Origin: an uncultured delta proteobacterium
GTDB taxonomy: Bacteria > Desulfobacterota > Binatia > UBA9968
Assembly: GCA_963760795.1 (NCBI GenBank)
Contig: CAVXEP010000013.1
Span: forward strand, 1-64,000
DNA: 64,000 bases
Direction: 5' to 3'
Each line of letters begins with the position of its first letter. The first letter of the stretch is position 1. Under the pieces are notes generated by a model, which was not told where the DNA came from, did no database searches, and worked only from the letters and a program-made list of their open reading frames with translations. This document shows positions 40,673 through 51,906 of this stretch, piece by piece. Made by a program: the position numbers and the translations under genes.

Positions 40673-40909
40673 GCATCATGTTAACGAGTGGAGAAGCGCG
40701 TTGCTAGAAGGCAATCGAGGCCCATTTGCGTGAAGCGGGCGCCGTATGACATGCGCCGCCTTCGGCGCGCCTCTTTCGATGGTGCCGGCACTGTGTGACA
40801 AAGCGCCGGATACCCCACGGAGAAAGTGACGGACCTGGTTCATTATCTGCCGTAAATAATACTTTTCGCCAGTGCCACATGCGTGATAGCTTCCAGCACG
40901 AGGTGCGCA

Positions 40910-41652
40910 ATGAGGATAGTTTCTCTCAGATCAATCCTGGTCGTTACCATGCTGCTTGCTCCCTGCCTCCCAGCCGAGGCGCAGCAGCCGGCGGGAATTC
41001 CCCGGATAGGAATTATGTTGCCGACCACCGCATCCTTTTATTTGCCCCGGGTCGAAGCATTTCGCCAACGGCTGCGCGAGCTTGAGTACGTCGAAGGGAA
41101 AAACATTGTCATTGAGTACCGATATGCAGAAGGGAAACTCGAACGGCTGCCTGATCTGGCAGCCGAGCTAGTCCGTCTCAAAGGTGGAACAAGGGGAAAC
41201 CTGACCCTCACAGACATGGAGGCTGCCGCTAAGGCGTTGGGATTCAAACTTCAATCGCTTCCAGTGCGAGGCCTTGACGATTTCGAGAGCGCATTTGCGC
41301 GAGCGAAAACCGAGGGTGCCCAGGCGCTCGTTACGACCGTAAGTCCACTTATCAATACTCAGCAACGCCAAGTGTTGGACTTCGCAGCAAAGAACGGTTT
41401 GCCCGCGATGTACACAGCGAGTGAGTTTGTCGAGGCCGGCGGCTTGATGAGCTACGCGCCAAGCTCTACGGACTTATACCGGCGCGCCGCTGACTTTGTC
41501 GACAAGATCTTGAAAGGCACCAAGCCCGCCGATATTCCCGTCGAGCAGCCGACGAAGTTCGAGTTTGTAATCAATCTTGAAGACCGCCAAGCAGATCGGC
41601 CTGACGATTCCGCCGGAGGTGCTGGCGCGGGCGACGTAGGATTATCAAATGA
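40910..41652 (+). pseudogene. ABC_sub_bind protein with a large internal deletion and a 3' frameshift
   Basis: AAELVRLK joins directly to GGTRGNLTL; the VDVIV...PGGNVTG...KRLE segment of its paralogs is missing. Confidence 0.75.
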
Positions 41653-41707
41653 CAGCGGCCACCAGTCCGCGATCAGTTGTCAGCAAAAACCTCGGAGATA
41701 AAAATCC

Positions 41708-42698
41708 ATGATGAAATCCATAGTCATCTGGTTACTGGCAACTGCCATTGTGATTTCTGCTCCCACCGCCAACGCGCAACAGGCTGGGAAAATCCTCCGC
41801 ATCGGTTTCCTGGATCCAAGCACCGCTTCTGGCAGGTCGGTCCTCATGGAGGCGTTCCGGCAGGAGTTGCAGAAGCTTGGTTGGATCGAGGGGAAAAATA
41901 TCACCATCGAATACCGATTTACAGACCACAAGACTGAGCGCCTACCTGAGCTTGCGGCAGACCTTGTCCGTCTCAAGGTTGATGTCATCATCGTTACATC
42001 GCCGGCGGCGGCGTTGGCGGCCAAGAGCGCCACTACTACCATCCCTATCGTGGTGACGAACTCTGCGGACCCCGTCGGCGAAGGTCTGGTTGCCAGCCTG
42101 GCGCGGCCGGGAGGCAATGTCACCGGTTTCTCGAATTTAGCAACCGAGCTAAATACCAAAAGGCTAGAGGTACTCAAGGACGCGGTCCCCAAGCTCGCCC
42201 GAGTTGGTACTTATGCGGCGGTCGACAAATAGCGTAGCAGTAGACCTCCAAATGAAAGAGCTTAGGCCTGCGGCTCTGGCACTGAAGCTAAAATTGGAGG
42301 AGATCGAAACTCAACCCGACGCCAAGGGTTTAGAGAGCGCCTTTAATACCGCGAAGCAGAAACAGGTGGACGCGATTATGACCACCTCCAGTCCCTCCTT
42401 TTTCGCCGAAAGAAAGCGGATCGTCGAGCTTGCCGGCAAATACCGGTTGCCGGCTATTTACTCCCAGAAGGAGTTTGTCGATGAAGGCGGTCTCATGTCC
42501 TACGGGGCGGACTACGATGACCTCTATCGGCGCGCGGCTGTTTACGTCGACAAGATTTTGAAAGGCGCCAAACCGGCTGACCTGCCGGTGCAGCAGGCGA
42601 CCAAGTTTGAGTTTGTCATCAACTTGAAGGCGGCGAAACAGATCGGACTGACACTTTCACCGGAGTTTCTCTCGCGGGCGAATCGGGTGATCAAATGA
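41708..42698 (+). CDS. ABC_sub_bind substrate-binding protein (frameshift ~42208)
   Basis: [43 protein letters not shown]. Confidence 0.85.
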
Positions 42699-42821
42699 AT
42701 CAAGATCCTTCACATTCGTTCAGGACAAGTTTTGGATTTTCGTCTGCGGAACCGCTTTTCGAATTTGGATTGGGGACTAGGACATGACTTGCCTGCCCTC
42801 GGCGCAATTTAACTGTTCGGA

Positions 42822-42848
42822 CGGGCAACCACGGGGGGTTGCCCCTAC
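42822..42848. repeat. REP-like palindrome with CTAC (GTAG) end
   Basis: gggcaaccacggggggttgcccctac. Confidence 0.6.
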
Positions 42849-42878
42849 ATCGATAAATGATAAGAGGTGCAGATCATT

Positions 42879-43874
42879 ATGAAGCAATCCTTATTCATCT
42901 CGCTACTACTGCTTTTCACCAACGTTGCCTTCGCCCAGGACGCCAAGCTCATCGAAGCGGCCAAGAAAGACGGCAAGCTGATCGTCTACGGCACCATGCA
43001 ATCGGATATATTCGAACTGCTGCAAAAATCCTTTCAAAGAAAGACCGGCATCGCCATCGACTACTGGCGCACCTCGGCGACCAAGGTGATGGAGCGCGCG
43101 CTCAGCGAAGCGCGCGCCGGCAAGGCGCTGTTCGATCTGGTCATGTCCACCGAAGACACCCAGCGGATTATGCTCAAGGAAGGCATCCTGACGAAATACG
43201 AATCGCCGATGATCAAAGACTTTCCCAAAGACGCGATCGACCCGCAATTGGGACCGCGGGCGCGCAACCATATCGTCGGCGTCATGTATAACAAGAATGA
43301 GATAAAACCCGCCGACGCGCCGAAGACTTTAGAAGATCTAGTCAAGCCGCAATACCGCGGCAAGCTGGTCATGGCCGATCCGACCTTGCACACGACGACG
43401 GCGCAATGGCTCGCCAACTTGCATAAGCTCATGGGCAAAGACCGGGCCGACAAATTTATCCGCGATCTCGCCGCGATGAAGCCGATCCTAGTGGAATCCT
43501 TCGCCCCCTCCGCCGACCGCGTCACCACCGGCGAGACTCCCATCGGCATCACCTACGTCTATTACGTATTTTTGAACGGCCAGAAAGGCGCGCCAGTGGA
43601 CTACGTGCGCGGCGACTACCGGCTCCTGGGCGACGCCAGCTACATGTCGATCTTCCACAAAGCGCCCCATCCGAGCGCCGCCAAAGCTTTCATCGACTTT
43701 TTCCTCGATGACGAGAGCATGAACATCATGGCCAAGGCCGGCGAGTTCGTAAACCGCAAAGGCGTCTACCCGCCGGTGCCCGACGCGGATAAGATCAAGT
43801 TCGTCGAGATGGACGATCTCGGCGAGATCTTCTACGCCGAGAAACGCAAAGAGTTCCAGAAGCTATTTCGCTAA
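42879..43874 (+). CDS. Extracellular solute-binding protein (Fe3+/thiamine-type)
   Basis: LIEAAKKDGKLIVYG, APKTLEDLVKPQYRGK, APHPSAAKAFIDFFL. Confidence 0.88.
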   Translation: MKQSLFISLLLLFTNVAFAQDAKLIEAAKKDGKLIVYGTMQSDIFELLQKSFQRKTGIAIDYWRTSATKVMERALSEARAGKALFDLVMSTEDTQRIMLKEGILTKYESPMIKDFPKDAIDPQLGPRARNHIVGVMYNKNEIKPADAPKTLEDLVKPQYRGKLVMADPTLHTTTAQWLANLHKLMGKDRADKFIRDLAAMKPILVESFAPSADRVTTGETPIGITYVYYVFLNGQKGAPVDYVRGDYRLLGDASYMSIFHKAPHPSAAKAFIDFFLDDESMNIMAKAGEFVNRKGVYPPVPDADKIKFVEMDDLGEIFYAEKRKEFQKLFR

Positions 43875-43876
43875 TT

Positions 43877-44911
43877 ATGATGATCCGACCCAGCACCCGA
43901 TTACTCCAACACTCTAATTTCGTGTTCGTCTTCGTGCTCGTGCTCGTGACTTTGATTGCGAGTGGCGGTGAATTGCGCGCGCAAGCCCTGATCAAGGTCC
44001 CCTTCCCCTACTCGCCGATCAACTCAAGCAGTTTACCTTGGATGATCGCCAAGGATGCCAAGCTGTTTGAGAAGCATGGGCTCGATGTCGACTTGGTCTA
44101 CTTCGGCGCTTCGTCGCTGATTCTCCAGACGATGCTGTCAGGCTCGGCCAACTATGCCGGCTTTGCCGGACCGGCGATCATCTCCAACGTGCTCAAAGGC
44201 GGCGACGTGATTACCATAGGCGCTCTCACGCCGATGAGCATTTCGCTGCTCACCCGGGCGTCCATCGAAAAGGGCGAAGACCTGCGCGGCAAGAAGATCG
44301 GCATCAGCCGCCTCGGCGCGGTGCCGCACTTAGCGATTCAGTTGATCCTGGATAAATTCGCGATCAAAGACGCGACCATTCTACAAATGGGCGGCCAGCC
44401 CGAAGCAGCGGCCGCGCTACGAAGGGGCATCGTCGACGGCGCCATGGTTTCGGCGCCACTATCGTTTCAGCTGGTCAAAGAGGGGTTTCGCGAGTTGATC
44501 GGCACACCGGAGTACCAGAGGTTAGGAATCAATTTTACTTCGCAGGGCATCGCCGCGCGCCGGTCCTTTGCCGCGAAGAACCGCGACGTGACGGTGCGCT
44601 TGATCAAAGGCACCATGGAAGGCGTCAAAACCATGTGGGCGAACGAGAGCCTGGCCAAGAAAGTACTCGCCAAGTACGCGCGCCAAAGCGATGCCGAATT
44701 GCTCGACCGCACCTACAAAGACGCGCTCGCAACCGTTGCCCGCGATCCGACCTCATCGAAAGATTCCGTTGTTTCGACAGTGCGGCTGATGGCCGACCTC
44801 GGCCTCGCCGACCGCGCTGCGGTCAACAGCACGCCAGTAGAAGCGTTCTACGACAACAGCTACATCGATGAGATCAAACAATCGGGCTTTCTAAAGGAGC
44901 TGTGGCGATGA
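43877..44911 (+). CDS. NitT/TauT family ABC substrate-binding protein
   Basis: KVPFPYSPIN, DLRGKKIGISRLG, FYDNSYIDEIKQSGFLKELWR. Confidence 0.9.
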   Translation: MMIRPSTRLLQHSNFVFVFVLVLVTLIASGGELRAQALIKVPFPYSPINSSSLPWMIAKDAKLFEKHGLDVDLVYFGASSLILQTMLSGSANYAGFAGPAIISNVLKGGDVITIGALTPMSISLLTRASIEKGEDLRGKKIGISRLGAVPHLAIQLILDKFAIKDATILQMGGQPEAAAALRRGIVDGAMVSAPLSFQLVKEGFRELIGTPEYQRLGINFTSQGIAARRSFAAKNRDVTVRLIKGTMEGVKTMWANESLAKKVLAKYARQSDAELLDRTYKDALATVARDPTSSKDSVVSTVRLMADLGLADRAAVNSTPVEAFYDNSYIDEIKQSGFLKELWR

Positions 44912-45895
44912 CCCAACGGCGCTTTGTCGGATCTGTCCTATCCATTCTATGTTTCTACACGCTGCTACAATCGAGCGCAGAGGCTTTCGCCGCCGACGCC
45001 CCGGCGCAGAACCAAGATCAGGATCGCCACCGCGGCGCCGTCGTTGAGCTACTTTCCGATCTACGCCGCGGTGCAAAAAGGCTTCTTCGCCCGGCGCGGC
45101 TTCGACGTCGAGATGATCCAGATGGCCCCTAGCTTAACCGCGGCGGCGCTGCTCAATCGCTCGGTGGATTACACGATCATCCCCAGCACCATCGCCACCG
45201 CCGCCGCCCGCGGCGCGCCGGCGAAAGTCATCATGTTTGCCTCGGTGAAACTGCAACACACCCTGGTCGTGCGCGCCGATGTCAATGCAATCACCGATTT
45301 AGCCGGCAAGAAAATCGCCGGCAGCGGCTTCGGCAACCTGGTCGCCTATGAAATCCAGTTTCTCATCGAGCGCTACAAGCTCGGTCCCAAGACCACCATC
45401 ATCAACGCGCCGTCCTCCATCGACCGCTTGATCGCCGTGCAGAAAGGCCTTGCCGAAGCCGCGATCATCGCCGCTCCGGCCGATATCAAAGGCGAAGAGA
45501 TGGGGCTCAAGCGCTTGGTGCAGATGGGCACGCTGCTGCAAATTCCCCAGGCCGGCCTCGCCGCCACCGACGAGAAAATCAAAACCAACCGCGGCGAAGT
45601 CATCGAAGTTCTCAAAGCCGCCATCGACGGTTTGGAATACACGGCGAATCAGCGGGAAGACGCCACGGCATTAATCGGCAAATGGATGGCGCTCACGCCA
45701 ACCCAAGCAGTCAAAGCGTACGATAGCGTCAAAGACACCTACTCCCGCGACGGCGTGCCGACGCCCGAGCAAAGTAAAGCCTACATCGCCATGCTCGCCG
45801 CCACCGCCGGCCTGAGCGCCGATCTGCCGGCGGCGACGATCTTCGATTTTTCGCTGTCCGCCGCCGCTGCCAAAGAACTCGCGGCAAAAAAGTGA
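44908..45895 (+). CDS. NitT/TauT family ABC substrate-binding protein (frameshift ~45008)
   Basis: ATGA overlap; signal peptide MTQRRFVG...AFA in one frame, TKIRIAT...IFDFSL in the next. Confidence 0.83.
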
Positions 45896-45980
45896 GAGTA
45901 AGGAGTTAGGCGTGAAGGGTTAGGAGATCTCTGACCCCACTGACTTCTGACTCCTTACTCCTAACTATTTACGATTTACC
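45891..45980. repeat. 7-bp-period palindromic repeat
   Basis: AGTAAGG AGTTAGG CGTGAAG GGTTAGG ... CTGACTT CTGACT CCTTACT CCTAACT. Confidence 0.7.
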
Positions 45981-46053
45981 CCTCCCACTGTTCAGGAATT
46001 CTCCGGTGGAATGTTATGATGTTGAGATTCGCATCAATTCCACGGAGACTTTC

Positions 46054-47338
46054 TTGTCCAAAGCATTCGGTCTCGACTTCGGCACCACCAATAGCGCCTT
46101 GGCCCTCGCCCACGCCGACCACACCGTGGAGCTCGCCCGTTTTGGCGCCGGCTCGACCTTTCGGTCGATTCTTTACTTTGAGCAAGACGAGGCTTCGAAG
46201 AGCGGCTCGCTGCGCGTGGTCGCCGGGCCTGACGCGATCCAAGGCTATTTGAATGCGCGCATGCCGGGACGGTTGATTCAATCGACCAAGTCCTATCTCG
46301 CCAGCCGGTTATTCAGCCAGACACAGATATTCAATCAAACTTTCTCACTGGAAGAATTGATCGGCACCCTGCTGCGTTATCTGCGCAAGTCCGCCGAATC
46401 TCAGTTCGGCGATCTCGGCACCAAGCTGGTGGTCGGCCGCCCGGTTCACTTCAGCGGCACGAAAGATTCAAAGGACGACGCCTTCGCGGTTGCGCGCTTG
46501 CGCAAAGCCTTTGCCAACGCCGGCTTCGACGAGGTCCACTTCTTGCCCGAGCCGGTCGCCGCCGCCTACAAGTACCGCCAGCGGCTCGACCACGACGAAC
46601 TCGTGCTGATCGCCGACTTCGGCGGCGGCACCAGCGATTTTTCCCTGGTCAAATTGCAACCGGCGCAAACTTCGACAGCTGAATTGGCCGATCAAGTGAT
46701 CGGCAATCGATGGCGTCGGCATCGCCGGCGATACTTTTGACAGTAAACTTGTGCGCCATCTGGTGGCGCCGATGCTGGGCTTGGGCAGCCAATACAAGAC
46801 TGAATTCGGCAAAGTCCTACCCGTGCCCAACTGGCTCTACGAGCATTTGGAACGCTGGCACTACCTGTCGTTTCTCAAGACCCGGAAAAACATCGAACTG
46901 CTCAAGCAGATTCGCTTCCAAGCCCTGGCGCCGGAAAAGCTCGACGCGCTGATCGAGCTGGTCGACCAGGATCTCGGCTACCGCCTGCACCAAGCGATCG
47001 AGGCGGTCAAGTGCGGTTTATCGGAACAGACGAGCAGCCAATTTCATTTCAAAGAAGCGGCCATCGATATCGAGAAATCCGTCGCACGCGGCGATTTCGA
47101 GCAGTGGATCGGCGCCGAAGTGAGCGCGATCGCAGCCTGTGTCGACAGACTGCTCGCCAATTGCAACATCGCTGCCCATGAAATCGATGCGGTATTCATG
47201 ACCGGCGGCTCGTCGTTCGTACCGGCGATCCGAAGAATCTTTGACAGCAAATTCCCCAAGGCGCCGATCCGCGCCGGCCAGGAGTTCACCTCGGTGGCCG
47301 AGGGTTTGGCGCTGCATGCGCTGGAACAGCTAAATTGA
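46054..47338 (+). CDS. yegD: Hsp70 family protein (YegD-like), frameshift ~46707
   Basis: GLDFGTTNS, GRLIQSTKSYL, VVGRPVHF, PEPVAAA, ADFGGGTSDFS, MTGGSS. Confidence 0.85.
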
Positions 47339-47414
47339 ATGCTGGCGCCGGCGCGTTGACACTGCGAATCGCTATCGGCTACTGTCGGTGCAAATGCAAA
47401 TCACACTTGGAGGC

Positions 47415-48401
47415 ATGATGGCGCAGTGGAAAACAGTTGCCTTGACGCTCTGGCTGGCGATCGGCTGCTTGGGCGCGCCGCTGCACGCCCAGAGCGCGCC
47501 GGACAAGATCACCCTCGGCACGATCACGCTTTCGCTCAACAATTTGCCGATTTACGTCGCCCAGGAAAAGGGCTTTTTCGTCAAAGAGAATATTTTTCTT
47601 GAAGCCGTGGTGTTGAACGCCAGCACGCTGGCGATCCCCGTGTTGATCGCCGGCTCGACCCAGGTGTCGGCATCCTCGGCCATGACCACCATCCGGGCGG
47701 TTGAGAAAGGCGCGGCGCTCAAGATCGTCGGCGGCCTGACCAACGCGCCGGTTTACGATCTCTACGCCAGTCCCAAGCACAAAACTTTCAAAGATCTCAA
47801 AGGCAGCACCATCGGCGTGTCGGGCTTGATCACCAGCGACACGGTGATCATGAAAGAAATGCTCAAGGCCAACGGCCTGGAGTATCCGCGCGATTACGCC
47901 TTACGCGTCATGGGCAGCATGCCCGACCGCTTCCTGGCGATGCAGACCGGCAATATCGCCGCGGCGATTCTCAGCCCGCCCTACAGCTTCGGCGCCGACG
48001 AAGCCGGCTTGATCAACCTCGGCGCCACCGCCAAGTACACGCCAAATTTCGTTCAGACTGTCTTCAACGTCCGCGCCGACTTCGCCCAAGACAAGAAAGC
48101 GTTGTTGGTTCGTTTCCTGCGCGCGATCCTGCGCGCCGACCAATGGATCCACAACCAGAAGGAAGACACCGTGCGCATCATCGTCAAGCGGCTTAAGTAT
48201 AGCGAGAAACATTCCGAAGCGAGTTGGCGCTACTACATCAACACCAACGCCATCCCCAAAGACGGCGAAATCAATCCCAAGGGCATGGACAAGGTCATGC
48301 AGTTGCTGGTCGAAGACGGCACCCTGGCCCAACCACCGCCCAAGACCGACAAGTATGTCGACATGAGCTATCTCGCCGAAGCGCGCCGGACGTTACAATA
48401 A
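47415..48401 (+). CDS. NitT/TauT family ABC substrate-binding protein
   Basis: Signal peptide, VAQEKGFF, DLKGSTIGV, YVDMSYL. Confidence 0.88.
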   Translation: MMAQWKTVALTLWLAIGCLGAPLHAQSAPDKITLGTITLSLNNLPIYVAQEKGFFVKENIFLEAVVLNASTLAIPVLIAGSTQVSASSAMTTIRAVEKGAALKIVGGLTNAPVYDLYASPKHKTFKDLKGSTIGVSGLITSDTVIMKEMLKANGLEYPRDYALRVMGSMPDRFLAMQTGNIAAAILSPPYSFGADEAGLINLGATAKYTPNFVQTVFNVRADFAQDKKALLVRFLRAILRADQWIHNQKEDTVRIIVKRLKYSEKHSEASWRYYINTNAIPKDGEINPKGMDKVMQLLVEDGTLAQPPPKTDKYVDMSYLAEARRTLQ

Positions 48402-48460
48402 AGTTCTGCGTGACCCGCGTTGGCGATCTACCGATACCGATCACCAGATTCCCAGATTCA

Positions 48461-50371
48461 ATGATTAATCCGTCACTCGCGCTTCGCGTCACCGTTTGCG
48501 CCCTGCTTGCGCTCCAGTTTGTCCTGCCGCCGCAGACTCACGCACAGGCAGCGTCAAAAGCCATCGTCATGGCCTGGGACGGCACCGTGCCGTCATTCGT
48601 GAAAGAACTAATCCGCGAAGGTAAATTGCCCAACCTAGCCAAGCTCATCGCCGGCGGCAGCTTTGCCGACGATGTCATGGCCGGATATCCATCGAAGACC
48701 GCGCCGGGCTTTGCCTCGCTCATGACCGGTGCGCCACCGCGGGTCACCGGCATCAGCGGCAACCGCGTACCGCGCGCGCCACGTGAACAGTTTACGATCC
48801 TCGACAGTCTCGCCGGCTTCGCCGGCGCGCCGCTGCGCGCCGAGCCGATCTGGGCCACCGCCCAACGTGGCGGCAAGAAGTCGGTGGTTTCGCATATCCC
48901 GTCCTTCGCCGAGGAGCGGGCCGAGGACGTCGTACGATTCTCCGGCTACGACAATCTGATCGCCGGACGCGACGGCATCGTCACCCGGCGCGCGGTTAAA
49001 AGCGAAAGCGGCGCGCCTTGGCAAGATCCGCCGGCGAGCGACGCGACGCCCATCGAGTTTGAATTTACCGTCGGTGAATCCCAGCTGATCGGTCTGCTGA
49101 TCGACGATCCCGCCGATCCGCAAGTCGGCTACGACACCGCCGTGATCGCCGCCAGCCGCAATAGCCGCGAGATCAAAACCAGACTAAAGCCGGCGCCGCC
49201 AAGCCCCGGCAGCGAACTTTTCTGGTCCAGCCCCATCGCGGTCAAAGGCACGGGCAGTGTTGACGCGAGAGTTTATTTGCGTCTGTTCGATCTCAAGCCG
49301 GACGGCAGCGACTTTTTTCTCTACTACACCCGGCCGAGCCGCGATCTTGAGTTTAAAAAAGACACCGAGACCGGCGCCACCGTGCGCACCTTCATCGGCA
49401 ACGGCGCCAGCATTCTCTATCAAAACGGCGCCCTCGGCCGGACGCTAGCCAACGACGGCAGCGGCGGCGCCGAGGCGCGCTATTTGGAGACCATCATGTT
49501 CGCGCAGCACCAGTTGATGGAAACCAACCGCTGGGCGATTGAGAATTTACCCTGGGATCTGTTTCTCGCCTACACGCCGTTCCCCGACGAGGCCGAGCAT
49601 GCCTGGCGCGGCCATCTCGACACAACACTGCCGACCTATCGTCCGGAGATCGCCGGCAAGCTCCGGCCTTTTCTCGAACGGGTGTACCGCTCCAGCGACG
49701 AGCATCTTGGCCTGTTGTTATCCAAGCGGCCTGACGACGCCCTATTTGCGATCATCTCCGACCATGGCATGCAAGGCAGCTACAAACGCGTCGCGCTCAA
49801 TCTTTGGCTGCAACAAAACGGCTTTCTCGCGCTCGACGGACAGAACCGCGTCGACCTCACAAAAACCCAAGTACTCTACCCGGCGGTGAACAGCGGCTAC
49901 TTGCTGATCAATTCAAACGACCGCAAGGGCGGCATCGTCCGCAGCGACGAACGCAATGAGCTAATCCGCAAGTTGCGCGAATCGCTCAACTCGCTGCGTG
50001 ATGGTGATCGTCAAGTGATCGTGTCAATCATCGATGCGGAAATCGACGGAGAAACAAAAGGCATCGGCGGCGAGGTCGGCGGCGATCTTTACATCGAACT
50101 TGCCGCTGGCTATGACTTCGACCCGCGCCTGAGCGGCGGTCAACTGATCGCCGACGCCGAGCCCTACGGCACTCATGGCGCCAATCCCGACCAACCTTCC
50201 ATGCGCACGCTCATGGTGCTTAACGGTCCCGGCATTCGCGCCGGACAGAAACTTACCAACGTGCGGATTATCGATTTCGCTCCCACCCTCGCCTGGCTGC
50301 TCGGCTTGTCCCAGCCCAAAGACGCAACCGGCAAAGTGCTTTACGAAGCTTTTGTCGACAGCCCGCGTTGA
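48461..50371 (+). CDS. Alkaline phosphatase superfamily (nucleotide pyrophosphatase/phosphodiesterase)
   Basis: Signal peptide, MAWDG, PSKTAPGFASLMTG, DEAEH, ISDHG, GTHG, IDFAPTL. Confidence 0.85.
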   Translation: MINPSLALRVTVCALLALQFVLPPQTHAQAASKAIVMAWDGTVPSFVKELIREGKLPNLAKLIAGGSFADDVMAGYPSKTAPGFASLMTGAPPRVTGISGNRVPRAPREQFTILDSLAGFAGAPLRAEPIWATAQRGGKKSVVSHIPSFAEERAEDVVRFSGYDNLIAGRDGIVTRRAVKSESGAPWQDPPASDATPIEFEFTVGESQLIGLLIDDPADPQVGYDTAVIAASRNSREIKTRLKPAPPSPGSELFWSSPIAVKGTGSVDARVYLRLFDLKPDGSDFFLYYTRPSRDLEFKKDTETGATVRTFIGNGASILYQNGALGRTLANDGSGGAEARYLETIMFAQHQLMETNRWAIENLPWDLFLAYTPFPDEAEHAWRGHLDTTLPTYRPEIAGKLRPFLERVYRSSDEHLGLLLSKRPDDALFAIISDHGMQGSYKRVALNLWLQQNGFLALDGQNRVDLTKTQVLYPAVNSGYLLINSNDRKGGIVRSDERNELIRKLRESLNSLRDGDRQVIVSIIDAEIDGETKGIGGEVGGDLYIELAAGYDFDPRLSGGQLIADAEPYGTHGANPDQPSMRTLMVLNGPGIRAGQKLTNVRIIDFAPTLAWLLGLSQPKDATGKVLYEAFVDSPR

Positions 50372-50432
50372 CATCGGCGTCGTCGTCCCATAATTTCCGT
50401 CATAGTAAATTTGTCCTTGGGAGACATTTTCC

Positions 50433-51722
50433 ATGGCATTCAATGCCTCTTGGGAACCGCCGGCGGTAGTTTCCTTCGACGAAGTTCTCAAACTCAACGA
50501 CGAAGTCACGACCAAAGCCGGTGCGCCCATCGACATCAGCGAAGATATTTTTCGCATTCATGAACTGGCCATGGACTGGGACATCGGCGTGGTTCGCTAC
50601 GCGCCGAGAGACCAGCGCCGCATCCCCACCGGACCCGACGGCAAGAAGGTCGGCATCTTCCTCCTCCACGGCGGCGTTTCCGACTTCAAATCGGTGCAGC
50701 GGATCGCCAAACTTTTACCGGAAAAGTTCGGCATCCCGGTGGCGACCATGACGTTTCCCGGCCGGTTTTACTTCCTTGACGCCAACCGCGATTGGCCCGG
50801 CGACGTCGAAAACTCCGATGGCGCGGCGCGCACACCGCTGTGGACCAAGGAAACCAAGATCACCAAAGATCAGTACACGACGGTCCAAGACACGTCGAAG
50901 CGTGAAGACTACGGCACGCTGGTTTCTCTGTCGGCAAAAGAAGGCACGGAGTTTTACCACCGCATGGCCGCCTGGCCGGTGGCCTTCGAGCAAGCGGTCA
51001 TAGATTCCGCACGCCGGCAATTTCCCGCGGGCGAATACTCCATTTACATCCACGGCCACTCCACCGGCGGCCCCTTCGCGATGATGGCCTCCCAGCGCGT
51101 CCCCAATATCGCCGGCCTGCTCGGCTGGGGCAGTTCGCCCTTCGGCTGGATGTATCCGATAGTCAGCGGCGACGACTGGAGTTTTCCGTTCAACCAATTG
51201 CGCCTGCGCACTTGGCGCGACACCGCGCGATACATGTACGAAGGCATGAAGAACCAAGACATCGGCCTGCCGATGCTGATCGAGCTTACATTTGAACGCT
51301 GGGAGAGCGCCAAGAAGCGGCCCAACTTCAAAGCCGAAGACTTTATTCACAAGAATTCGACCCAGGCCCTCGAAGCCGCCGCCCGCGCCGCCGCAACTCG
51401 GCTCAAACTATCGCACCAGGAAACCGCCGCCTTGGTCCAGCGTTATCTCGGCTACACCAGGGAGTTGTCGGGCCCCGGCGTCAAACCGGTGCCGAACTTT
51501 CTGTCGATCCACGGCATCAACGATGCCACCGTCACGCTCAAACGCTGCGAACGTTCGCTGCCGCTGTTCGCCAATTTGAATCCCGCACCCAAAGTCCGCC
51601 CCGTCTCCCTCGGCGCCGGCATTCACTCGTGGGGCTGGACAGACGATAAGCTGCCGCAAGGCATCGTGCCCCCGGTGGCAAAGCTCTGGCACGACGCGAT
51701 CATGAATGGATTCTTTCTCTAA
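50433..51722 (+). CDS. Hypothetical alpha/beta hydrolase-fold protein
   Basis: LLHGG, GHSTGG, HGINDAT, GIHS. Confidence 0.7.
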   Translation: MAFNASWEPPAVVSFDEVLKLNDEVTTKAGAPIDISEDIFRIHELAMDWDIGVVRYAPRDQRRIPTGPDGKKVGIFLLHGGVSDFKSVQRIAKLLPEKFGIPVATMTFPGRFYFLDANRDWPGDVENSDGAARTPLWTKETKITKDQYTTVQDTSKREDYGTLVSLSAKEGTEFYHRMAAWPVAFEQAVIDSARRQFPAGEYSIYIHGHSTGGPFAMMASQRVPNIAGLLGWGSSPFGWMYPIVSGDDWSFPFNQLRLRTWRDTARYMYEGMKNQDIGLPMLIELTFERWESAKKRPNFKAEDFIHKNSTQALEAAARAAATRLKLSHQETAALVQRYLGYTRELSGPGVKPVPNFLSIHGINDATVTLKRCERSLPLFANLNPAPKVRPVSLGAGIHSWGWTDDKLPQGIVPPVAKLWHDAIMNGFFL

Positions 51723-51751
51723 AGTAGACGATCAGGAGATTCCAAGCGAGG

Positions 51752-51830
51752 AACGAAGTGCTTAACGAAGGACACGAGAGTTCGGAATAATCCCATCACT
51801 CCGAATCCTTCGTGCACTTCGTGCTCTCCG
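51752..51830. repeat. 9-bp-period palindromic repeat (degenerate CACGAAG family)
   Basis: aacgaaggacacgagagttcgga...tccgaatccttcgtgcacttcgtg. Confidence 0.7.
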
Positions 51831-51906
51831 ATTGGATCAAGAATTTGTCACACTGTTTTGAACGGCTTGAACGATTAATGTTTGACGAATTCATTAGGTT
51901 GAAGCC

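Larger units (their letters stand above)
34782..41664. mobile_element. Lower-GC accessory island bounded by a 29-bp direct repeat
   Basis: gtaggat(a/t)atcaaatgacagcggccacca at 34782-34810 and 41636-41664. Contains many small ORFans and a DNA ligase; no integrase seen. Confidence 0.5.

Noticed and set aside
34811-41635. Prophage call for the island
   Set aside because: No integrase, structural, terminase or replication genes were recognised.
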